Source of the DNA: Isurus oxyrinchus
Lineage: Eukaryota
Assembly (NCBI GenBank): GCA_026770705.1
Contig: JANJGN010000026.1
Span: 3,162,001-3,226,000, forward strand
DNA length: 64,000 nucleotides
Reading direction: 5' to 3'
The notes under the pieces are model-generated. The model worked only from the letters and a program-made list of their open reading frames with translations. It was not told the origin of the DNA and ran no database searches. Each line of letters begins with the position of its first letter. Position 1 is the stretch's first letter. This document shows positions 15,080 through 27,828 of the stretch, piece by piece. The translations under genes and the position numbers were made by a program.

Positions 15080-16367
15080 TACATACACACACACAGGCAC
15101 AAATTACAGGCACAAATGAACAAAAACGCTCAAACACATGCGAACATGCCCACATATACAATCAAACACAAACACAAGAACACGCACACCATTACATGCA
15201 CACACATACACAGTCAAACTCATGCACATATACACATTCTCAAGGGCACATACACAACACATACACACAGACACAGATACGCACAAACACACATACACAC
15301 AGGCACAAACTGACATGTACACAAGAACAAATGCACTCACGCACACACACACAAACGTACATACACAAATGCATTCACACTCACACGCACAGACAAATGC
15401 ACACGAAATCAGATGCACATACATACAAATGCACACACACACAACCTGACACATGCATGCACAAAAAAGCATACACACAGCGGCACATGCATACATGCAC
15501 GTACAAGCACACACACAAACACATAAACACACACACACACACAAACACATGCAGATATGCACACACAGAAAGACGGACACACTCAAATGTGCACACACAA
15601 ACACACATGAACACACACATGTTCACACACACGCAGAAACACATAAACACAAATGCATATACACCCACACAAACACACACACATATGCGTGCACATACAC
15701 ACACAGTTATATGCACACACAGGCATACACATGCACGTACCAACACACTGATACGTGCACACAGGCACACATGCACAACTGACAAACACACAAACAAGCA
15801 GTCCCAAATTCAACAATAACACAGCCACACACATAAGCATACACAGGCACACACAGGCATAAACAGACACTCGATGACATACAGACACTCAAAAACACGC
15901 TCAAGCACACGCACACACAACCTCACACACGCATGAACATACAAACATACACACTGAAACACGCACATACATGCATACAAACACACAAACACCCAGGCAC
16001 ATGCACACTTGCATCCGCAAGCCAACACACAAAACACGCACACACATACATGCAGACATACACACAAAAATACACAGATATACACACATGCAAATTCATG
16101 CACACAACCCCGCAAATACATGCACAAACACACACGCACCCAATCACTCACAAACAGAAACACACACACAGACATTCACATGCACACACTCATGCACAAT
16201 CAATTTCACATGCATTCACACACACAGAGACAAACTCAAACACACACATAAACAGACACGCACACACATGCAAACACAGACAGATGAACACTCAAACATG
16301 CATGCACACACATATTCACATGCAGACAGACACAGGTACACACAAATGCACACACACAAATACAAAG

Positions 16368-16406
<39 letters not shown>

Positions 16407-19060
16407 TGTGAATATATCGGCACACAAGCTCACACACACAGGAACAAACATGCAGAAAAAGACACACATGCACACATATGCATACACAATCAATAACATT
16501 TACAGATACAATCATACACATAGGGATACACAAGCACAGACACACCCACTCACGCAAAAACATATAGGCAACGTGCACACACATGCGCACACACAAACAT
16601 AGATGCACTCAAACACACATGCACACATATGCAAATACACCAGCACATTTTTACACACATATACATGCATGCTCATACACACACTCACAGGCAGAGCACA
16701 CAGATAAACATGCACATGCACAAAACACATAGGTACACACAGATACACACACAAACGCAAACACACACAGGTACACATAAATGCACACACACCCGCACAC
16801 ACTCACTCACAGACACACACACGCACAAACCATACACACATGCAAACAAACACAAAGCACATGCACATACAAGCACACACACAAGCTCACAAACAGACAC
16901 GCGGCACATAACACATGCGCACTTACAGGAAGTCAAACACCCTCACACATGCACACACAAACACGCATGCACACACACATTCACTCGCACACAGACATGA
17001 ATACACACAAACACACACACATGCTTGCACACAGAAATGCATGCACAGGCACACCCAACACACAAACTAACACAGACCAACAAAAATGCAGAAACACAAA
17101 GACACAATCACGCACAAACTGACATGCACAGGTGAAAAAACACGCTCAACACACGCACACACATGCACAAAAACGCAGACACACTCACATGCACACACAA
17201 ACGCACATACACACACAGGTATACACACACACCATCAGGCATGCATGCACACACAAGCACACGCACACACTGATACTCACACATACAAACACATAGATAT
17301 ATATATGTAAACACACACACACTCACACACACACACACACAAACACACGCACAATCGGACAGTCACACATGCACAAAACGCTCACACACACGTGCACACA
17401 CACAACACAAACGTACACACACACACAAATTCACATGCAGTCACTTGCATCCACATAGACTTGCACAAACACACACATCCTGATACATGCATGCGCACAC
17501 AAACACACACACAGTGGCATATTCGCACATACACATGCAAGCACACACACAAACACATAAACACACATACACAAGTGCTCATATGCAAATACATATGGTG
17601 CACGCACATGCATGCACACACACACAGAAAGACAAACACTCAAANNNNNNNNNNNNNNNNNNNNNNNNNNNNNNNNNNNNNNNNNNNNNNNNNNNNNNNN
17701 NNNNNNNNNNNNNNNNNNNNNNNNNNNNNNNNNNNNNNNNNNNNNNNNNNNNNNNNNNNNNNNNNNNNNNNNNNNNNNTGCATACACATGCACTCAAAAA
17801 CATACAGATAAGTGCACACAGACACACATGCACAACAGACACACACACAAACAAGCACTCACAAACTCATACAGAAACACAGACACACACGCACAGGCAT
17901 ACACAGGCACTAACTGATACACTCAAAATCACGCTCAAACACTCACATATGTGCACACACATACACACACACACGCACACACAGGCATACACAAGCACTA
18001 AGTGACATGCACACACTCAAAAAACAGTCTCAAACACACACACACGCACACACAAACTGACACACGCATGAACACACAAACACACACACTCAAACGCGCT
18101 AATAAACACATAAAAACAGACAGACACACAGAAACAAACACACACAACCAGGCACATGAATACTTGAACGCAGAAGCAAACACATTCCACGCACACACTT
18201 ATGTATGCAGACATACACACACAAACGCACACAGACACACGCACAAACACATGCACACACACACAAATACACAGACATGCACACACACAGAAATTTACAT
18301 GCACACCTCCGCAAATGCATGCACAAACACAGGCACATCCAAGCACTCACAAACACAAACACACAGGCATTCACATGCACACACGCACATGCACAATCAA
18401 ACTCACACACATGTACAAACACAGACACAGAGAAACACAAACACACACATACACAGACACACAGCCACATGCAAACACTCGCACATGAACACACAAACAT
18501 GTATGCATACACATATTCACCTGCAGACAGGCACACACACAAACACACACACACACACAAATGCACACATATGCAGATGTGCACACACCGTCACACAAGC
18601 TCACAAGCACAGGAACAAGCTTGCAGAAACACACACACATGCACACATATGCAAAAACACACACGCATACACATACACACACGCAGACATGCACACACCG
18701 GCACACAACCTCACACACACAGGAACAAACACGCTGAAACACACACACACACAAACACACAAGCACACATACACACACACACAAGAACAAACATGCCAAA
18801 ACTTTTACACAAACATGATCACACAGATATGCACACTTAGGTGCACACAGGCACAAACTGACATGCGTATGTGAACAAACATGCACAAAAACACATGTAC
18901 ACACATCTATTCACAAACACATACACACATATTCACTCACACAAACAGACCTTCACACGTGCATGCACACACAATCACTCACACACAGTCACACACACAC
19001 ATATTCACACACATACACACACACGCACACACACACACGCAGACACACTCACATACACAG
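8776..19060. repeat. ~10.3-kb complex CA-rich (TG on - strand) satellite with internal higher-order duplications
   Basis: Continuous degenerate (CA)n with CATG/CAAA variants and recurring unique anchor motifs; contains N gaps 14665-14822 and 17645-17778. Confidence 0.95.
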
Positions 19061-20011
19061 AGTTAGGAAATAGTGATATTTTAAGAAGAGCAAAGGCAAC
19101 AGATAGCCAGTCCCAAGCTAAAAGGAATACAAGCCAAAAGCAGACTTTCTAGGCAAGGGGAGTATAGGAAACCAGAAAAGGTCAAGTTAAGAGAAGTTAA
19201 TAATGAAGGGCTGAAGAAAGCCTCCAAGCTTCAATGTTAAAGTTTCAAGCTGCAGAAAGCAGATTTAAAGCGATAATATCTTCCAAGAGTCAAGAAGTTC
19301 CATAGAGATGGCTCAAGGTCTGTAATTCTTTGCTATGTGCATGTGAAGCATTGCATTGTTCACAGCTGAGTCGGTGAGAAAGAGTGCGTGGGAGATAACT
19401 TCAATCCAAGTGGAGACCCGGGGGAATGAAAATCTGAAGGAGAGTTTGAAACACTGGAGGTGAACCTTGCAGAACATGTCTGAGAAAAAGCATCGGTTTG
19501 GGAGAAGACTCCAAGTCAGGGTCTTGGAAAGTGGAGTTTGGAAATCCTTGTGTATAAGAGGGAGTGCTGTGAGACCGTTTAGTTCATGGTGTGGCAAGTG
19601 TCTGTTGGGTGTTGGTGAGCTTCATTGCATCTTTTTGAGGTGACAGCTGTCACTTGGTTTCAGGGTGCGGTTTGTCTGACCACAAGATGCCTATTAGATT
19701 AGACGGACTGTGTATCATGAATGTGAAAATTAAATGTTAATGTAGCTTTTGCAACATGTGTTATCTTTATAATTCTGGATATATCTGAAAACGCATAGTT
19801 GTGGGTAAAGCTGTATTTTAATATAATTAATTATTTCTTGCTGAATAAACGTTCTATTCTTTTGTTAAGAGTGCTTCAGCTGACTCTTGTATCTTTGTTC
19901 AGTAGCTTCTCTGTATGTATCTCAACAAACAAATAAATGTTAGAATCTATCAGTTTGGGTTCGCCTTGGCATCAGACTTGCTCAGGGGAGATCTCAGCTG
20001 GGATTGTAACA
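19061..20011 (+). repeat. 5' LTR (5'-truncated)
   Basis: Aligns with ~24950-25853 (e.g. tctgagaaaaagcatcggtttgggagaaga in both); ends ctcagctgggattgtaaca. Confidence 0.8.
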
Positions 20012-22564
20012 CATTCAGGGCTGCTGTGGGACTAGAAATACGGACGGGATGATTGGACTGGGAATAATAATTGGTTCGGAATTACCATTATAAAGTGGGA
20101 TTTGAAATCATTGAAGATTGCTGGGATATGGGAACCCTTATAACATGAGTACGTGGAGGTAAAGAGGTTCCAGACATAAGAACCAGAGTTGTTGTGAGGT
20201 ATAATATATAGCTTTAAATTGTAAGTGCATTTCGATGTTGCTAAGGGTTTTTTTTAAATTGGAAAATGTAACCCGAACTGGTTTGCACACATTAACCAAG
20301 TAAGTTCATGGATTTGCTGGATAAACTGGAGTTGGTATTATCTGAAGTAACGAGTGGAGTAGACATAGTTGGGACAATAGCTCAGCGTTTGGAACTGGAA
20401 GGGATAGCAGAGAGATGAATTTCTCCAGGCGAAAGGAAAATAAAATGAAAAGGCAGAAAAGGAAAAAATACAGAGGATTTCAAAGATCAGTGGAAATGTG
20501 ACAACCCGGCCTCCAGAGGCAGCAGTTAGCAATGAAGGAAGGAGAGAAGGAACGAGAAATGGAACACTGGCTCAGAAGTCTGGAGCTCAATAAAAGAGAG
20601 CTCAAGTGCTGAGGAAAGTTCTGAAGATGAAAAAACCTTCAATCTAAAACACAGTGTGTAGATGCTTAATTTTGTGCAACTCTCCTAAAATTTGAAGGAA
20701 GGGAAGTAGATTCATTCTGTGTCTCGTTTGAAAACATGGTGAGGCAAATGAAGTACCAAATATAAACCTGGACATTGTTTTTACAGTCTAGCTTGGTAGG
20801 TGGAGCCCATTAGGTTTATACTTTACTTTCAGAAGAGGGATCTGTCAATTATGATGCAGTAATAACAGCTTATTCTGAATGCATGAATTATCTGCGAGGC
20901 AGAAATTTTGGAATATATGAGAACAGCCTAGAAGGCCTATATTGAGCTTGAGAGGGCAATGCCAAGTAATTTTGAACGTTGGATATGAGCACTAAAGGCA
21001 GGGACAACATATCAAGCTCTGAGGGAAATAATTATTTTGGAGGAAATTAAAGGTTCACATGCTCTTGTAGTTAGAACACATGTTGAAAACCAGAAGGCTA
21101 AAACAGCCAGTTCGGCAGTGGGGATGGCTGATGGTAATAAACTGTGCCATGAATCTAAATCTTTTTTCCATTGTGCCCATAAACCCGGGAAGGAAAGAAG
21201 ATGGGAAGGTGAAAGGAAGGCAAATAGCCACGGAAGAGAAGGGACAATCGGGAATTCTTAGCAAACTTCTCCTCACAGCAGAACACAAGGTGTGTGGATG
21301 GCAGTCACATTCAAAACTCTAAATGTTTTCAAAGTAACAATGTGGGACATGCTATGGAGGATGGCTGGAAATTAATTTAGTAAAGCCAAAGGAACCCGCA
21401 GAATATCTTGCATGAGAAAAGGAAATGTATATTAAAATATAATAGTGGTACAGGTGAAACCTGCCCCATCAGAACAAACAGGAAAAGGGAATATGGTTCA
21501 ACCCGGTCCGGAAAGTTTTTGATTACCTGTGAAGGAAGCCAGGGTAACAGGTGGTCTGCATCATTTAGTGCTGAAGGGAGAATTGTCGCTTTACTCATCC
21601 AACAGAATAGTAAACAGATTAAAATTTTAAGAGATAAATGGGCAGATAAGTCATTGGTAGTGGCTTATGGTGCAATTTTTGTACCAGGTAGTTTTATGAA
21701 AGATGAAGTACTGATGAGATATTAGTGGAATTTATGAATTTGTTTCCTTGTGTTAAGTTGACTTACAGTCACTTTGTAAATGGAATTGTTGCAGTGCGGA
21801 TTATTTATAAATCACCTTTTGAATAGGTGGATTTTCTTCTTGTTAATGATTTTTCCAGTGGAGACAGTAATCATGTTGATGTTAGCCAACTTCAGAAAAC
21901 TATTGCAGCCAAAGATGGAACAGTTATTTCCATTAACAATAAATTGAAAGGCAACACGATTCAGGTAGAAAATCAACTTTCATGAACGAAAGAGGAACTT
22001 GCTTATGAAAGAACGGAATTGGTGAGAACCATTGAGAAGGTAGAAGACTTGACTGTGGGCTTGAAAAGTCTAAATGATAAACTTGTAGAAACAAATTCAT
22101 CACAGGGCAATCTTCAGTTAAAAATTGATGAGTTTCAAGCAGCATGGGCAACTATGAAATATCAGTGAAATGTTTACAGGAAAAGGATTTGTTGGTGAAT
22201 CAGAATAATTGATTCAGTGGAGAAGTAAAGAACTAAAGAACCGTTAGAACTTTGTCAAGTAAAGAGTAAAAAGGATTCTTGAACTTTAATGCAATCTGGA
22301 GAAGATGAAATGGAAATTGCTTGATATGGAGTGTCACCTTTCCAAAGCTGCTCCTGTGCAAATAATCATTTCTGAATTGTCGTCCAGTTGAGCAAAGAAC
22401 TGATGCAGACAAAATTACTGATATATTAAGCTCAGTGGTGGACAATATCAAAACAACTAAAGTGCATGTAGAATCGGAAATCACGACATGCCAACAAAAA
22501 GAATTGAAAGTTCAACGGGGTTGGCAGGCTTAAAAGAGGACACATTTCCAGGTATGGATGATTT

Positions 22565-23799
22565 GTGTCCCAAATTTGATTGCATTTTTTGAGGAGGTTA
22601 CCAGGTGTGTAGATGAGGGTAGTGCAGTTGATAGAGTTTATATGGATTTCAGAAAAGCCTTTGACAAGGTCCCACATGGGATAATTATAAAGTACGCAAA
22701 AGTACATGGGATGCAGGGTAACTTGATAACGTGAATTCAAAATTGGCTTAGTCGTAGGAGACAGAATGTGATGACAGAAGGATGCTTTAGTGACTGGAAG
22801 CCAGTGTCTAGTGGTGTACCACAGGGATCTGTGCTGGGTCCCCTAGTATCCATCATTTATATAAAGGACATAGAGGGCTGTGTGGGAGGTAGGATTAGCA
22901 AGTTTACTGATGGGACAAATATTGGCCGGGTGTTTAACAGTGAGCTTGAGTACCTTTGGCTACAGGAAGATATAGATGGGATTGTCAAACGGGCAGATAA
23001 GTGGTAGATGGAATTTAACCCTGAAAAGTGTGAGGTGATACACTTTGGAAGGAATAATTTGACATGGAAGTATTCAATGAACGGAATGACACTAGGAGGT
23101 TCTGAGGGGCTAAAGGACTTTGGCGTGAGTGCCCATAAGTCTCTGAAGGCGGAGGGGAATGTTAGTGGGGCGGTGAAAAACGTATATGGGACACTTGCCT
23201 TTATCAATCAAGGCATAGGTTACAAAAGTAGGGAGGTCATGTTGGAACTGTATAGAACCTTGGTAAGGCCACAGCTGGAGTACTGTGTGAAATTCTGGTC
23301 GCCACATTATAGGAATTATAATGATTGCACTGGAGGGGTGTGCAGAGGTGATTCACCATTACGTTGCCTGGGATGAAATATTTAAGTGATGTAGAGAGGT
23401 TGGATAGACTTGGGTTATTTTCGTTGAAGCAGGGAAGACTGAGGGGCGACCCTGAGAGAGCTGTACAATATTATGAGGGGCACGGACAGGGTGGATAGGG
23501 AATAGCTCTTCCCCTTAGTTGAAGGGTCAGTCACGAGAGGACAGGAGGTTTATGGGGGATGTGAGGAAGTTATTTATTACCCAGAAGGTAATGCGCTGTA
23601 TGGGATGGTGGTGGAGGCGGGTTGTCTCACATCTTTTACAAAGTACCTGGATGAGCACTTAGCACGTCATAACGTACAAGGCTATGGGCCAATTTCTGGT
23701 AAATGGCATTAGGTAAGTAGCTCAGGTGTTCCTCACGTGCCAGACTCGATGGGCCGAATGATCTATTCTGCACTGTGTGATTCTGTGATTCTGTGATTC
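22565..23799 (+). mobile_element. 5'-truncated CR1 LINE nested in the LTR element
   Basis: RT motifs MDFRKAFDKVPH, SGVPQGSVLGP, MEFNPEKCEVIHFG, LYRTLVRPQLEYC; 3' (attctgtg)n tail at 23775-23799. Confidence 0.9.
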
Positions 23800-24603
23800 A
23801 AAATGGCTGGAAATGTCAATGACCAGATTATTGATTTACAAATGCTTGTCGGTGCTAATATACAAAATACAGCATTTGGAATTCAGGAATGTGGACAGTT
23901 TGCAAAAGATCTTTCAAAGCATGTAAAATATTGGAACGGTATATTTTGTAGATTATTTAAAGAAACTGAAGGGTTGGAATGAACTATGACACTCCAAGCA
24001 GAATATCGTTGATGTTGCTCAAGGAGAAGTGGAAAAGATCTGTTCATAATGAGATGTGGAGAAACAACAATATCATTTAAAAAAACATATGAATTAAATC
24101 AGGCAGTAGTATGAAACCCTTTTGAATGAACAGAAGATGAAATGCAATAACATTGTTTAAATGGCGAAGAAATCATGACCAGAGAAGAAATTCGATGTTA
24201 ATGCCGAAAAAAAATATCGTTTTGACACCGATAAATCGAAGTAAGAATTTACAGCATTCGATTTTGGAAAATGAGCTTGAGGATAAAATTATGGCTACAG
24301 TGAACAAAAAGGACAATTGGGCTGTAGACTTAAATAAAGTATTATTTTCTGAGTTAAAGAACGGGATTAAGACGAAAAGAAACATAAGTGTTGAGTTTTG
24401 TTGATTATATGATGTATACATTCTGCTAATCTTGTTACATGTATTGACTTTATGTGCGTTTTGTAATTGTGCAACACGATGTGCAGTTGTGAATGGAAAT
24501 GTGAAATTAATTTGTATAATAGGTAATAAACTACTGTTAGAGGTTTATTATGTAAACTTTGTGTCAGGTGGATGTTAGTCCATTCTAAAGAAACCTTGAA
24601 CGT

Positions 24604-25853
24604 TGTGATGTTTTCTTTCCTGGTGCTGGTCTACGTAAGTTATATTGCTATTTGTAGGTTTGAGGAATGAGTTTTAGATTTAAAGTTTAAATTAATTTAT
24701 GTTTCTGTATTTGTGTGTTAATAAAGTTATAATTGAGCTTCAGCTTCACTTTAAAGGGTGCCTGCATTTCTAACGAGCTGTTTATAACTTTTTAAGCTAG
24801 CATAAACAAACAAGTGTAGAAGAATTGGGCTGCTGCCTAGCAGCAGCGGACTTGAAAAGTCCCTCCCGCAGACACAAGAGGTAAATTAAGGAAACAGCAG
24901 CTTGAAAGTCAGCACTGAATATATTTGCCAGGCAGAAACAGCCTAGAATGTTCAAATAAACTGTTTTAAGCCAAAAATAAACCACAATGGAGTGTACAGA
25001 AGGAAGTCCCACATAGAAATTTTAGTCAAAGGAAGAACATGAATCTAGAAATGTTCCGTTAAGTGAAGGTAAGTCTGAAGGACAGAGCAAAGCTCCTAGC
25101 TTCAAGTCTAAAATTAAACATGCAGAAAGCAGGTTTCAAGGGGGAAAAGCTTGCAAGAGGCAAGAAGGTCCAAAGAGATGGCAGATGGACATGTGAGGCA
25201 GTGGTATTGTTCACGGCTGAGTTGGTGAGAAAGAGTGCATGAAAGACAGCATCAATCCATGTGGTGACCCAGGAGGGATGAAAATCTGAAAGAGAGTTTA
25301 AAAGCCTTGAGGTGAAAACTTGCAGAAGGCATCTGAGAAAAAGCATCGGTTTGGGAGAAGATTCCAAGACAACACCTTGGTGCGTGGGAATTGGAAATCC
25401 TCGTGTGAAAGGCGAAGTGCAGTTAAACTGGTTGGCTCATGGTTTGACAAACGTCTGGAGGGAGTTTATGAGATCCATAGCATCTGCTTGAGGTGGCATC
25501 TGCCACTTGGTTTCAGAGTGTGGTGTGTCTGGCTACAGGTTGTCTATTGGTTTAAATGAATTGTGCATTTACTGTGAATAGAACTAGAAAGGATACCTTT
25601 TGTAATTTGTGTTATCCTTATAAATTTGAGTATATCTGTAAAGGTGCAGTTGCAGGTGAATAAATATTTTCATCTTTCTTGTTGAATGAATATTTTATTC
25701 TTTCATTCAAAGTTCATCAACTGACTCCTGTGACTTTATTCAGTAACCACTCTCGTCGTAAAGAAACAAACAAATAAAAGTTGGGATCGACTAGGCTGGG
25801 TTGCTCCCTGGGAATAGGTTTGTCCAGGAGGAATCTCAGCTGGGATCATAACA
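24604..25853 (+). repeat. 3' LTR
   Basis: Begins TGTGATG and ends CATAACA (TG...CA with an imperfect terminal inverted repeat); homologous to 19061-20011. Confidence 0.75.
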
Positions 25854-25874
25854 ACACACACAAAGACACATACA

Positions 25875-25938
<64 letters not shown>

Positions 25939-25975
25939 TAAACACACAAAGAAATCTGAACACACACACGTACAC
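25854..25975. repeat. (CA)n microsatellite, continuation of the satellite after the LTR element
   Basis: Near-pure CA run. Confidence 0.9.
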
Positions 25976-25984
25976 GAGCAGGGA

Positions 25985-27580
25985 GACTTTCATGTGAGAC
26001 CATGGTGCAGTGACGTCAAAAACCACAATGTGACCTGAGTGCAGGGAAAGCCGTTGATTGGTGAGAAGGATTTGTGAGTATTTCTTGTCTTTAAAGTAAA
26101 GGAAAGGTCTTTAGCTTGTATTTATGTCTCTCGTGTTTTTCACGTTTTCTGAAAAAAAGCTTGTTAAGTATAACATCAAAACTGGTGTAAATAAATACAA
26201 TAAAGCATGAATGACAGTGGACTCTTCAAGTGTAATGGGCAGGGTTAGTAAGGTAATTAATTAATCATTTAAATAACGTACAAATAGTGATGGCAGGATG
26301 GGTAATGTGTTGCTGTGCAGCATGTGGGAGCTTTTGGACACCAAGTTGGTCCTTACCTGCAGTAAGCATTTGCAGTTCGATGAACATCCAATCCGAGTTG
26401 AGGAGCTGGAGTCCAAGCTGCAAGCCTTGCACCACATCAGGGAGAGGGAGAGTTACCTGGACATTTTGCTCCAGGAGGCGGTCACACCCCCTCAGAATAG
26501 TAAAATCAAACTTGGTTTGTGATCAGGGTCAGGAGGGTCTGACTGCAAATGAGGCAGGTGTGGGGACCCAGGGGTAGCGTTGGTGGAGCCTCAGCCCCTG
26601 CAATGGTCCAACAGTTTCGAGGTCCTTGCAAGCTGTGAGGACGAGAAAGGGGACTGCAGAGAGTATGAGCAAACTGAACAAGGCAACATTTTACAGGAAG
26701 CCATGGAAGTGGGGTAAGGAATAGGAACTTAGTAGTGTTAGGGGACAGAATAATTGGGGTGATAGATACTGTTCCCTGCATCATTGATGCCCGAAGGCTG
26801 TATATTCTGACCGGTTGCAGTGTTAAGAACATCTCCTCAGAGCTGGAGAGGAACTTGCAGTGGGACGGGACTGATCTAGTTACTTTCATCGACATTGACA
26901 CCAACGTTGGGACTAGAAAGGAGGTTCCACTGAAAGAATTTAAACAGTAGGGAGCTAAATTAAAAAGCAGAACCTCCAAGCAAATAACCTCGGGATTACT
27001 ACCTGATCCATAGGCAAACTGGCATAGGGTAAATACAGTCAAGGGGTTAAATGCGTGGCTCAAAGTTTGGTGTGGGAGGAATGGGTTTCAGTCTGTTAGG
27101 CACTGCCACCAGCACTGATGTAGAAGGGAGCTGTTCTGCTGGGATGGGTTTCTTTTGAACCGTTCCTGGACTAATGTCCTGGCAAATCGAATAACTTGGC
27201 CTGTAGCGGCGGCTTTGTCCTAAATAGAGCGGGGGGTGGTCCTGGAAAGAGGATACATAGGCTTAAAGAGCAAAAGGAAATGGCAGCTTTGCAGGGCAGC
27301 TATTAAGGTAATGATACCCAGAGTGTGACAGGAAGGGACAGAGTGTGCACACATAAACAAAAATACGGCAGTAAATAGTGTCAAGGTGCAGGGAGGAGTG
27401 GAGGTGGAGGTTGATGGTGAAATGGCAAAATTAATGGCTCTTTACTTAAATGCATGTCGTATTCAGAACAAAATAAACAAATTAGCACCAAAAAGAGAGG
27501 CTCTGTGTATAATATAATTGGGATAATGGAGACATTGTTACAAGGAAATCAAAGCTGGGAACTAAATATTCAGGGGCATA
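25985..27580 (+). mobile_element. CR1 LINE 5' portion (5' UTR, ORF1 zinc-finger/esterase remnant, start of ORF2 endonuclease), 3'-truncated
   Basis: CSMWELLD...RVEELESKLQALHHIRERESYLD; SGNH-esterase-like VVLGDRIIG...IDTNVG; APE start ALYLNACRIQNK (~27437). Confidence 0.75.
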
Positions 27581-27765
27581 CCAAGACCAGGCAATATTTA
27601 GTGGTGCAGTTACAGGAATGGCACAAAAAATCATACAAGAACTTGTAAGTATGAATTACCACGAAGGAGAGCAAGTGTGCAAATGAATGTCGTAACTTGT
27701 TTGTTCAGAATACTGGAACTAACATTGATGATGATGAAACCTGCCTCATTTGACTTCGCATCAGA

Positions 27766-27773
27766 TATAAATA
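27766..27773 (+). promoter_or_regulatory. TATA box of intact GPCR gene
   Basis: TATAAATA ~55 bp upstream of ATG 27829. Confidence 0.45.
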
Positions 27774-27828
27774 CAAGAGAATTTATAATTCTTACACACC
27801 ACTCAAGGCTTCCTACTCGCTTGCTGAA

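Larger units (their letters stand above)
19061..25853 (+). mobile_element. Decayed Gypsy/Ty3-type LTR retroelement (SCAN-associated gag type, no pol detected)
   Basis: Two homologous LTRs. Gag remnant KFEGREVDSFCVSFENMVRQMK...WTLFLQSSLVG (~20690-20880); decayed zinc knuckle KCFQSNNVGHAMEDGW (~21320); protease-like IKILRDKWADKSL (cf. ILRDTGA, ~21618); PBS-like tcaggggctgctgtgggac after the 5' LTR. Confidence 0.8.

Noticed and set aside
8776-19060. CRISPR-like repeat/spacer array; several ATGCAAAT octamers inside the satellite
   Set aside because: Vertebrate DNA, no constant repeat with unique spacers and no cas genes; octamers are expected by chance from CATGCA/CAAA-rich composition
8619-19152. 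Dozens of His/Thr-rich (+) and Cys/Val-rich (-) ORFs up to 290 aa
   Set aside because: Translation artefacts of the CA/TG satellite, which rarely contains stop codons; no domain or splice evidence
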